From the NCBI RefSeq assembly GCF_009914755.1, contig NC_060925.1: 64,000 nt of DNA; one strand, given 5' to 3'. The notes below the pieces were generated by a model, which saw nothing but the letters and a program-made list of their open reading frames with translations, ran no database searches and had not been told where the DNA came from. A program made the position numbers and the translations under genes. Source of the stretch: the human T2T-CHM13v2.0 reference genome, Homo sapiens. This document shows, one piece after another, positions 42,238 to 55,555 of the stretch. Every line of letters begins with the position of its first letter. Position 1 is the stretch's first letter.

Positions 42238-42356
42238 CAGAGATGAGGTTTCACTGTGTTGGCCAGACTGGCCTCGAACTCCTGACCTCCAGTGATCCAT
42301 CCGCCTCAGTCTCCCAAAGTGCTGGGATTACAGGCATGAGCCACCACTCCTTGCCT
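42238..42356 (-). mobile_element. Alu left-arm fragment (5' edge of the composite insertion)
   Basis: Starts abruptly at agagatgaggtttcac with no linker or right arm; ends gagccaccactccttgcc. Confidence 0.9.
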
Positions 42357-42386
42357 TTATCCTGTTGGTTTTAGGAGTCAAAGGTA

Positions 42387-42550
42387 AGCAGGAGAAGTGG
42401 CGCCCACCTGTAGTCCCAGCTATTTAGGGAGGCTGAGGTGGGAGGATAGCTTGAGCCTAGGAATTCAGGGCTGCAGTGAACCAAGATCACACCACGGTAC
42501 TCCAGCCAGGATGACAGAGTGAGACCCTTTGTCTTAAAAACAAAAACAAA
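42387..42550 (+). mobile_element. Old Alu right-arm monomer (FRAM/AluJo-like)
   Basis: cctgtagtcccagcta...gggaggatagcttgagcc...gtcttaaaaacaaaaacaaaa; GAGTCAAA on both flanks. Confidence 0.88.
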
Positions 42551-42618
42551 AGAGTCAAAAAGATTTGTTCTCACCTGGGAGCTTGAGGCCTCAAAGTGCT
42601 CATTGAAAAGAGATTTGG

Positions 42619-42903
42619 GGCTGGGCGGAGAGGTTCACGCCTGTAATCCTAACACTTTGGGAGGCTGAGGCAGGCAGATCCCTTGAGCCCTGGAGTTTAA
42701 CCTGTGCAACAAGGCAAAACCTCGTCTCTACAAAAAATACAAAAAATTAGCTGGGCATGGTGGCACATACCTGTAGTCCTAGCTACTTGGGAGGCTGAGC
42801 TGGGAGGATGGCTTGGGCGCAGGAGGTTGAGGCTGCAGTGAGCTGTGATTGCACCACTGCGCTCCAGCCTAGATGACAGAGACCCTGTCTCAAAGGAGAG
42901 AAA
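42619..42903 (+). mobile_element. AluJb-like element
   Basis: J diagnostics (cttgagccc, gggaggatggcttg, gaggttgaggctgcagtgagctgtg); TSD AAAAGAGA(AA)TTTGG. Confidence 0.92.
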
Positions 42904-43039
42904 AAAAGAGAAATTTGGTGGCAGTGGGCTATTGTATCCTGGTGATCTTGTGTGGTTCCTGGGGCATTGCTCTTAAGAAAGGGACTGGTAGTGAGAGTGT
43001 AAAAGACAAACACCTGGGTGGTGTTGAAATCCTGTAAGG

Positions 43040-43127
43040 GGCCGGGCGTTGTGGCTCACACCTGTAATCCCAACACTTTGGGAGGCTGAGGCAGGTGGAT
43101 CACAAAAAAAAAAAAAAAAAAAAAAAA
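43040..43127 (+). mobile_element. Alu nt 1-64 fused directly to A24
   Basis: ggccgggcgttgtggctcac...ggtggatcac followed at once by A 43104-43127. Confidence 0.92.
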
Positions 43128-44545
43128 GAATGAGTTCTTTTCTAGTAATCAGCTTTTAGGAATTACACGTCCTTTCTCAGTGATTAATCATATACCTGAC
43201 AAATCTAAGGAGAAATGTAAACTTGAGGAAAACTACATTTTGATACCATTCTAAAGGAATATTTCAAACATGGGATCAATAACACATTTCTGCTAGATGA
43301 CCATCTCTAATACTAAGTATCAGGATAATCAAATGTGGAACTGGGAGGTATTTTAGAAACCATCAGATGCGCCCTCCTTGTTAAGCACTAGTTCAAATGG
43401 CTTTATGCAGGGAGTCCGAGTAGAGCAGGAACTAGAACCCAGGTCTCAGCTCCCAGCACTGTGTCTTCCCTTCTCATGCCTGTTGTCAGGTTCTACTTTA
43501 AAAGCCACAAAAACATCAGAACAGAAACTGGGGTTTTCATCTTCCCTCATGACCGATAATAATAAAATTCTACCCAGTAAAACAAAAGGACAGTTAAGAA
43601 ACAAAGTATTTGGAACAGATGAATTTGGAATCTTGATGCTATTCCTCCCACCTATCCTATCCAAGAAGCCACTAACTTTCCTCGCTAGAGTTCTCTGCAA
43701 CAGAGCCATCACTACCCTTCTGATTAACAGAGTACCTCTGGGCTGAGGGCCTCCTGCATCCTGCCTCCTACCCGTGCATCCTTCCAGCCGGCCCACCAGC
43801 CCACCCTGCTCAGTGCATGACCCTAATGTGCACCTGCTCTAGGGGAGCATGGTTTACACTTCTCTAGTGAAAGGTTCACACTTGCTTAACAAAGAGAAGG
43901 AACTCCATCCTCACTTTAGGTGCTCTTGGCTAAGACAGGGGCTATTTCTGACCTTTGCACCAGAGATAATATGCTTACTTAACTCCTTACTGGAACATAA
44001 GAAGGGAAAAAAAGCATGATAGGGCATGCATGACCCAAACTTCTTTAGTTGTCTTAATTGATGTCCAATTCTAATGCCCTTAAAATCAACTCTCACTTAT
44101 TCTATGAGCTCGTTCATGTATTTGCAGTCAGAAGTACAACATGTATGGAGTAGAAGTGAAACCTAATGACCACATTATGGGTATATCCTGCTAATAGCCT
44201 AAGTTATCCGAATGCCATTAGATGCATTCCATTCAACTAAGGAATTAGGGTCAGATGTTATATATTTTTTTCATGTTAGAGGGGGGAAATAAAAGCAGAG
44301 TAAGGAAGGGTATTTTTCCAAGGCAACCCCCACAGAGCAGGAGCAGAAAAGTTCATGTGGGAACCCCAGAGTTCTGGTCCCAATCCAGTCCTCTTGAGCA
44401 AAGAGAATTTTCATTCCTACTGAGGGTCCCCAGACATTGGCTCTGCTGTTATCATGGCTAGGTAACGAGGGCAAGGGGATGAAGGAGGATGTCACAGACA
44501 GTTGTCAAAGGCATAGGGAGTTATGATTTGGGAGCAAACACCTTG

Positions 44546-45255
<710 letters not shown>

Positions 45256-46394
45256 CCTTTACTTCGCTGAGGCAAAAACTTAACAGTGGGAAACCATTAT
45301 TTCAATGACAAAGCTTTGTTCAGTTGACTTTATCTCTTAATTACGTGCATGTGAATGCATTTGTCAAGTTTCCTGAGGTGGGATTGATAACAATAAACCT
45401 GTATTTCTGCACAATGTTTTAATTCTGGAGGTAGAAGCAGCACAACACACAAGGAAGGAACCGTAGGCGGCCCTGTGCTCATCCTGGCTGCCGCTTGTTG
45501 AGTGTGGATTTCGACTCCACATCTATGCAGAGCCTGGAGGCTCACTCAGCCACATTGGGCCATCGGGCTGTACCAGGGCTCTGGGGCCACAAGGTTTCAT
45601 AGGCTAAGGCAGGGTTCCTGGAATGTCTTGGCCTAAATGCTCCACATCTTGGGAAGACATTCTTCATCATCATCTCCACAAACCAGGGTCAGTCTGACTC
45701 CCCCTGCCCTCCACAGGTGTGCCACACCCCCAAGCATGAGTGTAATCATGGAGTTTCTGCCTCCAAGCCACTTCCTGGCCTACTGAGCAAGACACCAAAA
45801 ATCCCTGGCCCTTGAGCCCCATATTTTACCCCAAGTATGAGATGGCCCCAGCTCCTTCAACAGCCACAAGGATTTTCTATCCATGTCACTCAGGCTGCCT
45901 TTCTTACAGTAGATTTTCCAGGGCAGGATCCACCTATGCCCAGAGACAGGCCCGTGCTTCTGGGCTTGGATGACCTAACCTCTACATAAGCTCAGCTCCT
46001 TTCAGAACTCCCTAAGACATCTTTGATCCTTTCATTCTGTCTGGGAATTTAAAAGATATTCCTCAAGAGACTGGGCCACAGAATATTTCAGGGTCTCCAC
46101 GCAAAGAAGGATCACCTACAAACTAGGACTCTTTGGGGCTCACCTGCAAACTGTACTCTAGTAGTCTGCTCTGATATTCCAGAGTTTCCTGGTTGGATGT
46201 GCAGGATATTGTGACCCTTACTACAGGGAGCCAAGGACAGAACTTTAAGGAATACCAGCATTTAAAGGCTAGGCTAGGACAACGAATCCACACAGGAGAC
46301 TGGGAAGAAACACCAGACAGAACACATTGTTTGTTCACATCTGCCCCTCCATGCCAGGGTGAGAGAGCACCTCCAAGGGGGACCAGGAAATTGA

Positions 46395-46755
46395 CTAGCG
46401 AATTGTTAAACAATGGCCTTCAACTTGTTAACTCTTCTCTGTATTCACACTCTTGGTTAGTTCCCTGCCACACTGACTTGAGGCTTGCCCATATGACTTG
46501 CTTTGGCCAAAGTTACAGTAAAGGAAAGATGTCCTGGCTCGCCTGCTGGATAATGAGAGGCACATAGTTCATTCTCCCCAGCTGACAGTTGGTTGATCCC
46601 CTGAGATGTATCAACAAGGCCATTCTAGATCATCCTAGATCATCTAGACAACCTACCTCCTTACTGCAGTTGCATGAATAAGCTCAGACTAACAGCTCAC
46701 ACCAGAAGAACCACACTGAGCGACTTACTTCGCATTGATAGATAATAACTCATAT
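46395..46755 (+). mobile_element. Old MaLR LTR relic (MLT1H-like)
   Basis: ggcttgcccatatgacttgctttggccaa and actgcagttgcatgaataagc...cagaagaaccac. Confidence 0.6.
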
Positions 46756-46791
46756 ACTGACCAAGGAAAATTCAGATTAGGAAATCCTGAG

Positions 46792-47308
46792 TGTGATAGT
46801 TAATTTTATATGTTGACTTGACTAGGCCATGGGGTGCCCAGACATTTGGTCAAACATTATTCTGGGTATGTGTGTGAGGGTGTTTCTGGAAGAGATGAAC
46901 ATTTGAATTGGAGACTGAGTAAACCAGATTGCACCCCCTAATATGGGTGGGCCTTATCCTATCCATTGAAGGCCTGAATAGAACAAAAAGGCCAAGTAAA
47001 AGGGAACTTCTGCCTCACTCCCTGAGTGGAACATTGATCTTCTCCTTCCCCTCAGGCTGGAACTTACCATTGGCTGTCCTGGTCCTCAGGCCTTCGGAGT
47101 CAGACTGGAACTACACCATCAGCTTTCCAGGGTCCCCAGCTTGCCAACTGCAGACCTTGGAATCAGCCTCATAATTGCAAAAACCAATTTCTTATCCAAA
47201 TATTAGTATATATATGTAATTTCTTACAAGAAATTTAAGTAAACTTCATATGTATAATACTTCTATCTTCTATTGGTTTTGTTTTTCTGGAGAACCCTGA
47301 TGAATACA
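46792..47308 (+). mobile_element. ERVL solo LTR (MLT2C/D-like)
   Basis: tgtgatagttaattttatatgttgacttgact...ctggagaaccctgatgaataca; TSD CTGAG/CCAAG, both derivable from CCGAG by CpG decay. Confidence 0.92.
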
Positions 47309-50300
47309 CCAAGTTTCCTGATAATTGGCATTCTCTGCTCAGGGGCTGGTCCTCTGGTTCTCTGTAGCATGCCTAGCTCTTCCCCTCCCCTGAGATGGCT
47401 GAGACAGTCCGCAGGTGGGACTTGAGGCTTCCAGACTCCTTTGTCCTAATTGCAATCAGCAGTGACTTCTCACTCACTGGTACCACCCATTAGCCCCTCT
47501 GCTGCTTCTCCTCTGCTGTGGGAGCATAGCTGTCACTCTGGAAACACAGTCCCTGGGCTGCGGAGGGAAGAAGGCCCAAAGGAGGAAGGCTGGCTCTTAT
47601 TTCTGCTGCATAGGACCATTCTTTTCCCTCTTCCCACCCTCCCTTTGCCCCCAGAACTGAATCCAAAATAAATGAACAGACTCCCCAATTCCTGAGTTTT
47701 AATGGAACTAACGAGCTGATCACAGAGTCCCAATGCTGTGACTGCTTCCATTCTGGCTAGTGTTAGATTGCATTACTATTTTCATTTGTTTTCATTATTA
47801 TTAGCTTTTAGCAGTGAAATGGAGTTAAAATTATTACAGTTTGTAACATGCTTTTTGTACTAATAATTCAAGTACTTTTGAGTAGGAGCTGAGAGCATTA
47901 ATTTGTCAATCACTCCTGCTTTGTATCTAGTCCTGCTTTAAATAGACTAAACAAAAGAAATGAACACTATATATTTCCCCAAGGGATAGAACTTGTAAAC
48001 ATTCAGATATGTTAGGCTTTCATGAAATTATAAACCATAATTCCAAGGTATATTGCACAAATAATAGGGTATTTCAAAATCAGTGCAGCTGACACACAAA
48101 AGCTTCAACTCTGGTTCAGATAATAACATGGGGCAGCCATCTGTGCTCAGAGTTTATTCGCCTAGTCAGGAGCCAAGGTGAAGGTGAATAAATGCAAACA
48201 TTTTTGGAGGTTGAGCAGAAGGTCCCCAAGAAGCTCTGAGTCAGAGATCTATGTATGCATTAAAGAAAACGAGAGCCTTTCCAGCTTCCAATCCCAGTCA
48301 TTTGGAGGCAGCATTACAAAAACAACAACAAAATGAGGAGAGCCTGAACTACCACTAAGAAATGCCACATTAATTCTGCCAGGAATGTTTACAACAAAGA
48401 GAAAAGGAAGAAAGATCCAGAGCTAGAAATAAACGCGATGTTGTAACTGCATATAAATGCGGTACAACCTCTCCATTAAACATGATAAAAAAGACCAGCT
48501 TATGTCAGTGGAATGCCTAGATTACAGGATGCTTTTTCAATAAAGAAATGTCATCTTATTACCTTAAAATACATATAGCACTCAGTCAGATTAGGACAAT
48601 ATTAATCCTCAAGGACCTACTTTTAATGAATGACTAGAAATGATTTGTCATTATCAAATCAGTTGTCTCGGGTAACACGGTCTTTGGGTAGTCCTGCTAA
48701 CGGTAAAAAAAAAAAAACAAAAAACAAAACAAAACAAAAAAAACAACAGTTAACAGTCCTAGCTAACAGGACTACCGAGTTAACAGTCCTAGTTAACAGT
48801 TAACGAGGTTAAGCATGAGCTCTCTCTCTCTCTCTCTGTGCAAATCTTGTGTCTATCTTTGTTTCTCAAACCTTTTTTTCCCCTAAAGCAAAGGAAATCT
48901 ATAACTCAGCTCCATTGTTGATGATTACGGGTACTGGATTGGAAAGGCCCTCACAGAATAGGAGACTTGAGTGGGCCTGTTCTGGTCTCGGTGTTGTCTG
49001 GGAAGAAATACAACACATGGGGAACAGCGGAAAGGTCCATTTCTGCAGATTTGACTCCTACTTCTCATTGTTCTTACCCCCATTTTTTCATCCCACCTTG
49101 AGAAAATCCAGAGTGTTAAACTTGGCCCCTAAAATTAAACGCCTCCAAGAAAACACAGGACTTGGTATGTTACTGGGTTTCACTCCCACTGCTTAAAGAC
49201 TGTGATTTTGATAGTCTCGTCTTTTTGACTAGAATATATTTTGTCATTACTAAGAGGCTGCATTGCACCTGTTCACTAAAGCAGGGAGGTTTTTCAAGTT
49301 TGGAATTTCCCTGGCAAAGGAGACCTTGGAAATTGACCAACTGGCTAATCCCATTGATCTCCGAGTCCCCTCCACGTGCCCTGCCCCCCACCCTCCACCT
49401 CTCAGGCTGCTCAAAAAATAGCTTTTGACTGTGGCCTTTAACAATATGATAATTTATTTAAAACAGATACAGTCCTGAAAGTGACCCACTTAAAATTATT
49501 AAAGAGATACTGTGTTTATTTTTGCTGTCCATAAAACAGAAAATGGTTTATGAATATGCAAACCGATCTGATGTAATTAGCATGATTGGCTCCTACTGCA
49601 CTCCGTTTTATGTGGTTAGAAGAGTAGATGCAGAAACTAATGAGGTCATGTTAATGTGCCTGTGAAGAGAGCTTCAGCTGTCAGAACAACGAAGGCAAAT
49701 GTCTGGGAGAATCTTTTCTTTTCCACAAAATCACTGAAAGTGGGCATGAATAGGGTGAGATCCCGCCTGTGTGCTGGGGAGCCACCAGGTCCAGGAGCCA
49801 CTTTGCCTACTGCATGCAAGGAGTTGAGATGAGAAATAAAAATCTATGTCCATTCGGAGCAATGATTAATGTGGTATTTAATTATCTAGAAAGTCTTCAA
49901 CAAGTGCTAATAACTGAAACTCCTCGGGCAGTCAGCACATGCCACACAGTCCCATTAGACATGCTAACACCCTATCCCCTGGCCCTCCTTAATTAAAATA
50001 AGAGGCAAAAATGTTAACTGTGCACCGACCACCTCTGGGGATTAATCTGCCCTGATCATAGCACCCGAGGAAGCAGGTTGCTCACCCGAGCATGGACACT
50101 GACATACCAGACTCCTCCTCCTCCCTGAGCGCCGCTACCCACCTGGTAAATGCAGGCCCCTGCCCCTGCTGGGAGAAGGGAAGAGGAAGGGAGGCTGGCC
50201 GCAAGTGGGCAGGGGTGCCTTTTAATCTGAATGCCAGAAGGCATGTCTCAGAAATCTTCTTAGATATTGAACAGGACATACAGCCTGCCACTGAGCTTTT

Positions 50301-50416
50301 CCTTTTACATCTCTCCTAAAGCATAAACATATGAACTTGAAAACCTTATTTTCAATTTCTGCCAGCTCCTCTATGGCTCTAAAAATATACTTCTCCTCTT
50401 TGTATCCCCTCCCTCC

Positions 50417-50418
<2 letters not shown>

Positions 50419-50454
<36 letters not shown>
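50419..50454. repeat. (CA)18 microsatellite
   Basis: Perfect dinucleotide run. Confidence 0.97.
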
Positions 50455-50455
<1 letters not shown>

Positions 50456-50739
50456 TGTGCAACAGAAACAAAGAACGTCTTGAGAGCTCAAATGTTAAAA
50501 GGGAGGAGACCAGTCGAAAGTGAAAAATGAGGCTTTGGTGCTAATCAAAGACTCAACTGAGTTCGATGTAAAGAGACCTCACGGGAAAGACATTGCATTT
50601 GCTCATTCTAAAGACACTTAAACTAAAAGAAAAGGAAATGGTGTTCTTCAGCCTGCACCTGGTAGCAACCTTGACTCCTGCCTTTGGAGAAACAGCTGGT
50701 CCATTTCTGATGGTCTCTTCAGTTACAGAATCTCAAAGA

Positions 50740-50940
50740 AGAATATTTATTGCATGGCTACTACATGCCTGGCACTTTCCTGGGTTCTGCAAAGTAGGAA
50801 TTTGTATCCCCATTATACAGAGGTGGAAACTGAGGCTTAGAGAGGATAAATAACTTGTCCATAACCAAACAGCTAGTAAACGGCAGAGGCAGGCTCTGAA
50901 TCCAAGACTGTCTTACTTAAAGGTTCACGTTCTTTCACTA
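50740..50940 (-). mobile_element. MIR
   Basis: ccccattatacagaggtggaaactgaggcttagagagg...cagctagtaaacggcagag. Confidence 0.85.
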
Positions 50941-51179
50941 TATCATCTTAGGATGCAGGGCAAAAGGAGAGACATGGGTGTGGGTCCCGCCCTGTGATGT
51001 CTTAAGTTTGGCTTGTTTAAGGAAAAGAACATTTACCAAAAATATTTTTACAACTTTGAAAATGGGTGGGAACTCCACAGTGGAAAATGACAGAATATGT
51101 TGCCCAAGAAACCCCAAGGAAAGGAATTGACAGGAAACATGAAAGCTGGGTCTTTTTCACCCTGGCCTCCCAACACCCA

Positions 51180-52030
51180 CAACTCTGTACCCAGCATCCT
51201 GGCCACATGAAACTTACCTGCCACTTCCCAAGCACTTCACGAATATGCACATCTCCAGTCCTTTGCCCATGCTGTGTCCTCTGCCTGGATCTCCTTCTCT
51301 TTGCATACTCCACTTCACTTCTCCCCATGAAAATTTGCCTCTCCTTCAAGGCAGTACCTGGATTTTCCTTCTTTTACAGGATTACAGTCCTACAGATAAA
51401 GCACATTGAACCTACCTCTGTGTTATATCATTACCACACTAGATTATAGCTGCTTGTTCATATGTCTGCCTTTTTGGCTGGACTGTGTGTTCTTTGAGCT
51501 AAGGGAGCTGAATGTGTGTCCAGAACCCTTAGCCAGTGCCAGATACATAGAAGGTGTCCCATAAATGTTTGTTGAATGCATCAGTGAATGAATAAAGGAA
51601 TAAGTAAATTTTTAAGAAGTGTATGGCCCTTTTCTTAGGGATTTCCACAACTTTGGAGAACATACTTAGATCATTTCTTTCTTTTGCTCACAAGGAGCCA
51701 TGTCCATAGGCAGGGTGCAGTTCCCATCCGTAACAGCAGAGGCATGAATGCACACATATCAAAAAGTCCCATCCTAATCTGAAATCTCCATCCAGTTTCT
51801 CAATTTCATCCTGATTTCATGGCACCATATACCTCTCTGTCATAAATCTTTATCACTATTGTAATTTTACATCTAGTTAGGTGATTCTTTGATTAATAGC
51901 AAGCAGCGACCTCCTCTTTGGGCTCTGGGCTCTGTAGGGGCAGGTTTTGTTGGTCTTATCCTACCTTTAATCACTGCTGTATATCCCACACCTAGCCCAG
52001 TGCCTGGCACGGAGTAGGTGCTCCATAAGT
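51180..52030 (+). mobile_element. Two L2 3'-end relics
   Basis: Ends cagtgccagatacatagaagg...gttgaatg (~51540-51600) and cccagtgcctggcacggagtaggtgctcc...tgaattaatga (~52000). Confidence 0.7.
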
Positions 52031-52451
52031 ATCTGCTGAATTAATGAACACGTGATAAAGTGGTTTGACCTTAGCCAAGTCACTTCTTCTGAGACTTTTT
52101 CTTTCCATCTCTGCTATCAGGTCTTCCATCTGCTATTCCATGATGCTGGAATAGCTCCTCACTTCCTGGAAGTGAAAGCTTTTAGTCTCTAGAAGGCCCA
52201 GGTAAAAATTCAAATCTATTACCCAAGCAAGAGTATACTAAAACAAGAGCAAATGATGGCATACAAATTGGCCAGCCACCAGGAAGCAAGGCCTTGACAA
52301 TAAGCAAGGAGATATGTGTGGTTGTGGTGAGTCATGGAGGGGCCCAGCTGGAGGGACCAGGCCCTGGCATGGCTGTCAGGGCCCAGAACCCCCGGGGAAC
52401 AGTACTATGGCTCAATATAGGGAGACAAGAGGAGGGGAGAAGCAAGGAGCG

Positions 52452-52917
52452 TGGTATCACTTCCTAGGGCTGACATAACAAAGTACCACAAACTAGAGGG
52501 CTTAAAGCAACAGAAAGTTATTACCCCATAGTTTTGGAGACCAGAAGTCTGACATCAAGGCATTAGAAGGTCCATGCTCCCTACCAAGCCTTTAGAGGAG
52601 GGTCCCTCCTTGCCACTTCCAGCTTTGCATAGCTCCAGTCATTCTTTGGCTTATGGCAGCATCACTTGAAACTCTTCCTCCATCTTTCCATGGCCAACTT
52701 CCCTTTGTATCTTTATAACATCCCCCTTCTGTGAGCCATGTCTCCTCTTACAAGGACACCAGTCATATCGGATTAGGGCCCACCCTCCTCCAATTTGACC
52801 TCATCTTAACAGGATTACATCTGCAAGGACCTTTTTTCCAAATAAGGTCACATTCACGGGTACCAGGGGTTGGGATTTAAACATATCTTTTGGGAGAACA
52901 TAATTCAACCCATATCA
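52452..52917 (-). mobile_element. MaLR solo LTR (MLT1C-like)
   Basis: cataacaaagtaccacaaact...ggacaccagtcatatcggattagggcccaccct...ccaaataaggtcacattc...aattcaaccc. Confidence 0.9.
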
Positions 52918-55364
52918 GGGGTCAAAAGCAGACTCTAGTTCAGCAAACTTTTGACCACTGCTATGTGCCAGGCCTTGTGCAGGTCTAGATGAAGAAAAAA
53001 AATGAATCAGATATAAATATTAATACAAAGTACAGAAAGGAGACATCACATCCTCAAAGGGGCATTTGATGCTATGAGCATCGGATGAGAAGAAGGCAAG
53101 ATCATGTTCAGTCATGGAAAAAATTCAGAGGTGGTTGGGCTTCAGACACTTGTTGGAGAATAGATCAGAGTTCAACAGACGAATATGGGGACAGCAAAAT
53201 GTGGTCCAGGAAAGGGAAGAGCATAAGCAGGTCATGCAGCACAGAACTGATGCTGTACCCTCTGATGGTGTGTACAGTTTTTAAGCAGAGAATCATAAAG
53301 TGATTCGATTTTGGTTTTCACAAAAATCCCAGCCACCTCAGTAGGACATCGGAGGCCCTGACTGATCCAGTCCCTATCTAGTTACTGGTCCAGAGTGAAG
53401 TTTGTTCTGTGTGTGGTCTTAGAGGTGCCAGACATGCCAGGTCAGTACTCACTGGGTATGCGCTTGTCCTGCTGCCTAAAATCCTCCTTCCCTCCCTTGT
53501 CAGGCAAAACCCTACTTGCCTCTTATAGGTCAACTCTGATGTCACCAGCTTGGTTTGTTGTGACTTGCAAAGCAGTGTCAGCTCACCTTTGCTACAGCAC
53601 TAAAGACACCATATTGTCATTATCTGGCACAATTTTCCTCCTCTACTAGATCAGGGGCTTCTAGGGCTCAGGTGCTGGGTCTAGTTAATTCCTATGCCAC
53701 TGGTAACCAACACAAACCCTGACATGCAGCTGACATTCAGTAAACATCACTGACCACAGTACTAAGAAAGGACAGGAGGAGATGAAACTGGACGCAGGAA
53801 GGTCCATTTAGGTGACATCTACAATAGTACTGGCAAGAGATAATAAGGCTCCTAGTACTGCATAAGGCAGAGACAAGCGAATGAAGAAGAAAGGCAGATT
53901 CCCCAGAAGCCTAGAAAGACACAGTTTATAATTCTGCCCACCACACCCTGGACATCCCTTCCTCCCCCTCCTCCTCTATCCATGTGCACACTGGTGGACA
54001 TCCCTTCCTAAAGCCCCAAGGACCTGTCATGACCCAGAGCTTGTCTGCCCTAATTCTGGGCAGGAAGCACAAATGCTGCAACCCTTAGCCTGAGGCTCAG
54101 TCGGGTAAGTGTTGGGAGTTTGGCCAGCCCTCTCCAAAGCTCTCTGCTGCTAGCCCTAGGCGTCCCTTAAAGTCATTTCTTAGAGCCCAAGAAGAGCCCT
54201 GCTATGGCCCTTTGGTGGGATAAGAGCGACCCCCAGTGCTCAGGAACTTGCCCAGGCAAGCTCTTTACCCACAGGTTCTATTTAAAGGGGCAGTTTGAAC
54301 CTGTGAGCAAGACCCTTGATAATTAGCCCTGTGTAGACTGGGAAAAGCCCAGTGAGTTCCTGGAAAGCAAGCCCTTCCGCCTTCAATGAAACACAAGCTG
54401 AACCAGAATCATGTAGGAGCTGGTGCCTTCTGCCTCCTCCCTTGTAGGCTGGTGCAGCCATGTGCCCCTTTTGGTGAATGAGAGCCTCCCACTAAGTACC
54501 ACTGTTTTACCTTCCAAATAAATAAGGTGGCTCCATTGCACGCAGGATGTGATGGACTTGGGCGTAGAAGGCCAGCTTTGCAGAGGCTGCTGTGGAAGTC
54601 GTATTGTCACAATTCCTACAGAACTCCAGGGAGTAGCCTACACCAACCTGACCAGCCAGGAGTAAGGGGCAGCCCATGCTCCTTCTTCCTTCCCTCTCAA
54701 TCTTCCATCCCCTCCAGTGCTGGCCACACACAACAGCCAGGGCTGTTGCAGCTACCCAGAGGAAACAGGAAGGAGGAAGGAGGTGGTTATTGGGTGTCTC
54801 ATCATTTCAATCTGCATTCACTTCATAGGAACACAGCCACTCCTCCCACTGGAAGACCCCAATTAGGGAAGACAGTCAAAATCAAATCGTTAGCCCTATA
54901 ACTGTATCGTACATTCTCTCTCCCCCACCTCTTCTCTCTCTGTCCCTCCCTCCTTCCTTTGCTAGTATCCTTCCTTCCCTGGACTCAATCATCCTCATAT
55001 TCTGTTGCCATTAGCTTTAGTTGTGGACTCCCTTTTTGTCTATTTGCAAAGACATTTTGGTATCTATTGATTGAAGGCAGGATTTTAGATACAAAGCCAA
55101 AAAGCTGTGATGAGCCTTCCCATTCTGACAATGTGATCAAGTTCTGAGTGTTGTAGAGTGAGAGAGGAAAGACAATTAGAAAACAAGGCAAGGGATGGAG
55201 GGGGCATGCTGTGGTGTCATTGGCAAATCCTCATAAGCCAAGCGGGAGGCTCCCTTGTGCTGCACAGATGTGGGTACAAAACCATCCATGGACACAGGAC
55301 AGATTCCCTCAGCAGACGTTAGCTGAGTAATTACTATGTGCAGGTCACCTTCACACCTGCACAC

Positions 55365-55555
55365 CTTCCAGTTTATAAAGCACCCTCATGTCTCTTACTT
55401 CTTCTGGTTCTCACACCTACCTATGAGGCACGTGTGATCATCCTAACCTCACTCATGAAGAGACTGGAGCCCAGAGAGGCCATGGGGAGTAGGAGGAGCC
55501 AGACGAGAATCCAGATCTTCTAATTCCTGATCCAGGGCTCTTTCCCCTGCACCAG
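55365..55555 (-). mobile_element. MIR relic
   Basis: gagactggagcccagagagg...gaatccagatcttct...gggctctttccc. Confidence 0.6.

Noticed and set aside
45503-45521. tRNA T-arm-like hairpin (tgtgga-tttcgac-tccaca)
   Set aside because: No acceptor, D or anticodon arms around it; chance hairpin or SINE B-box relic.
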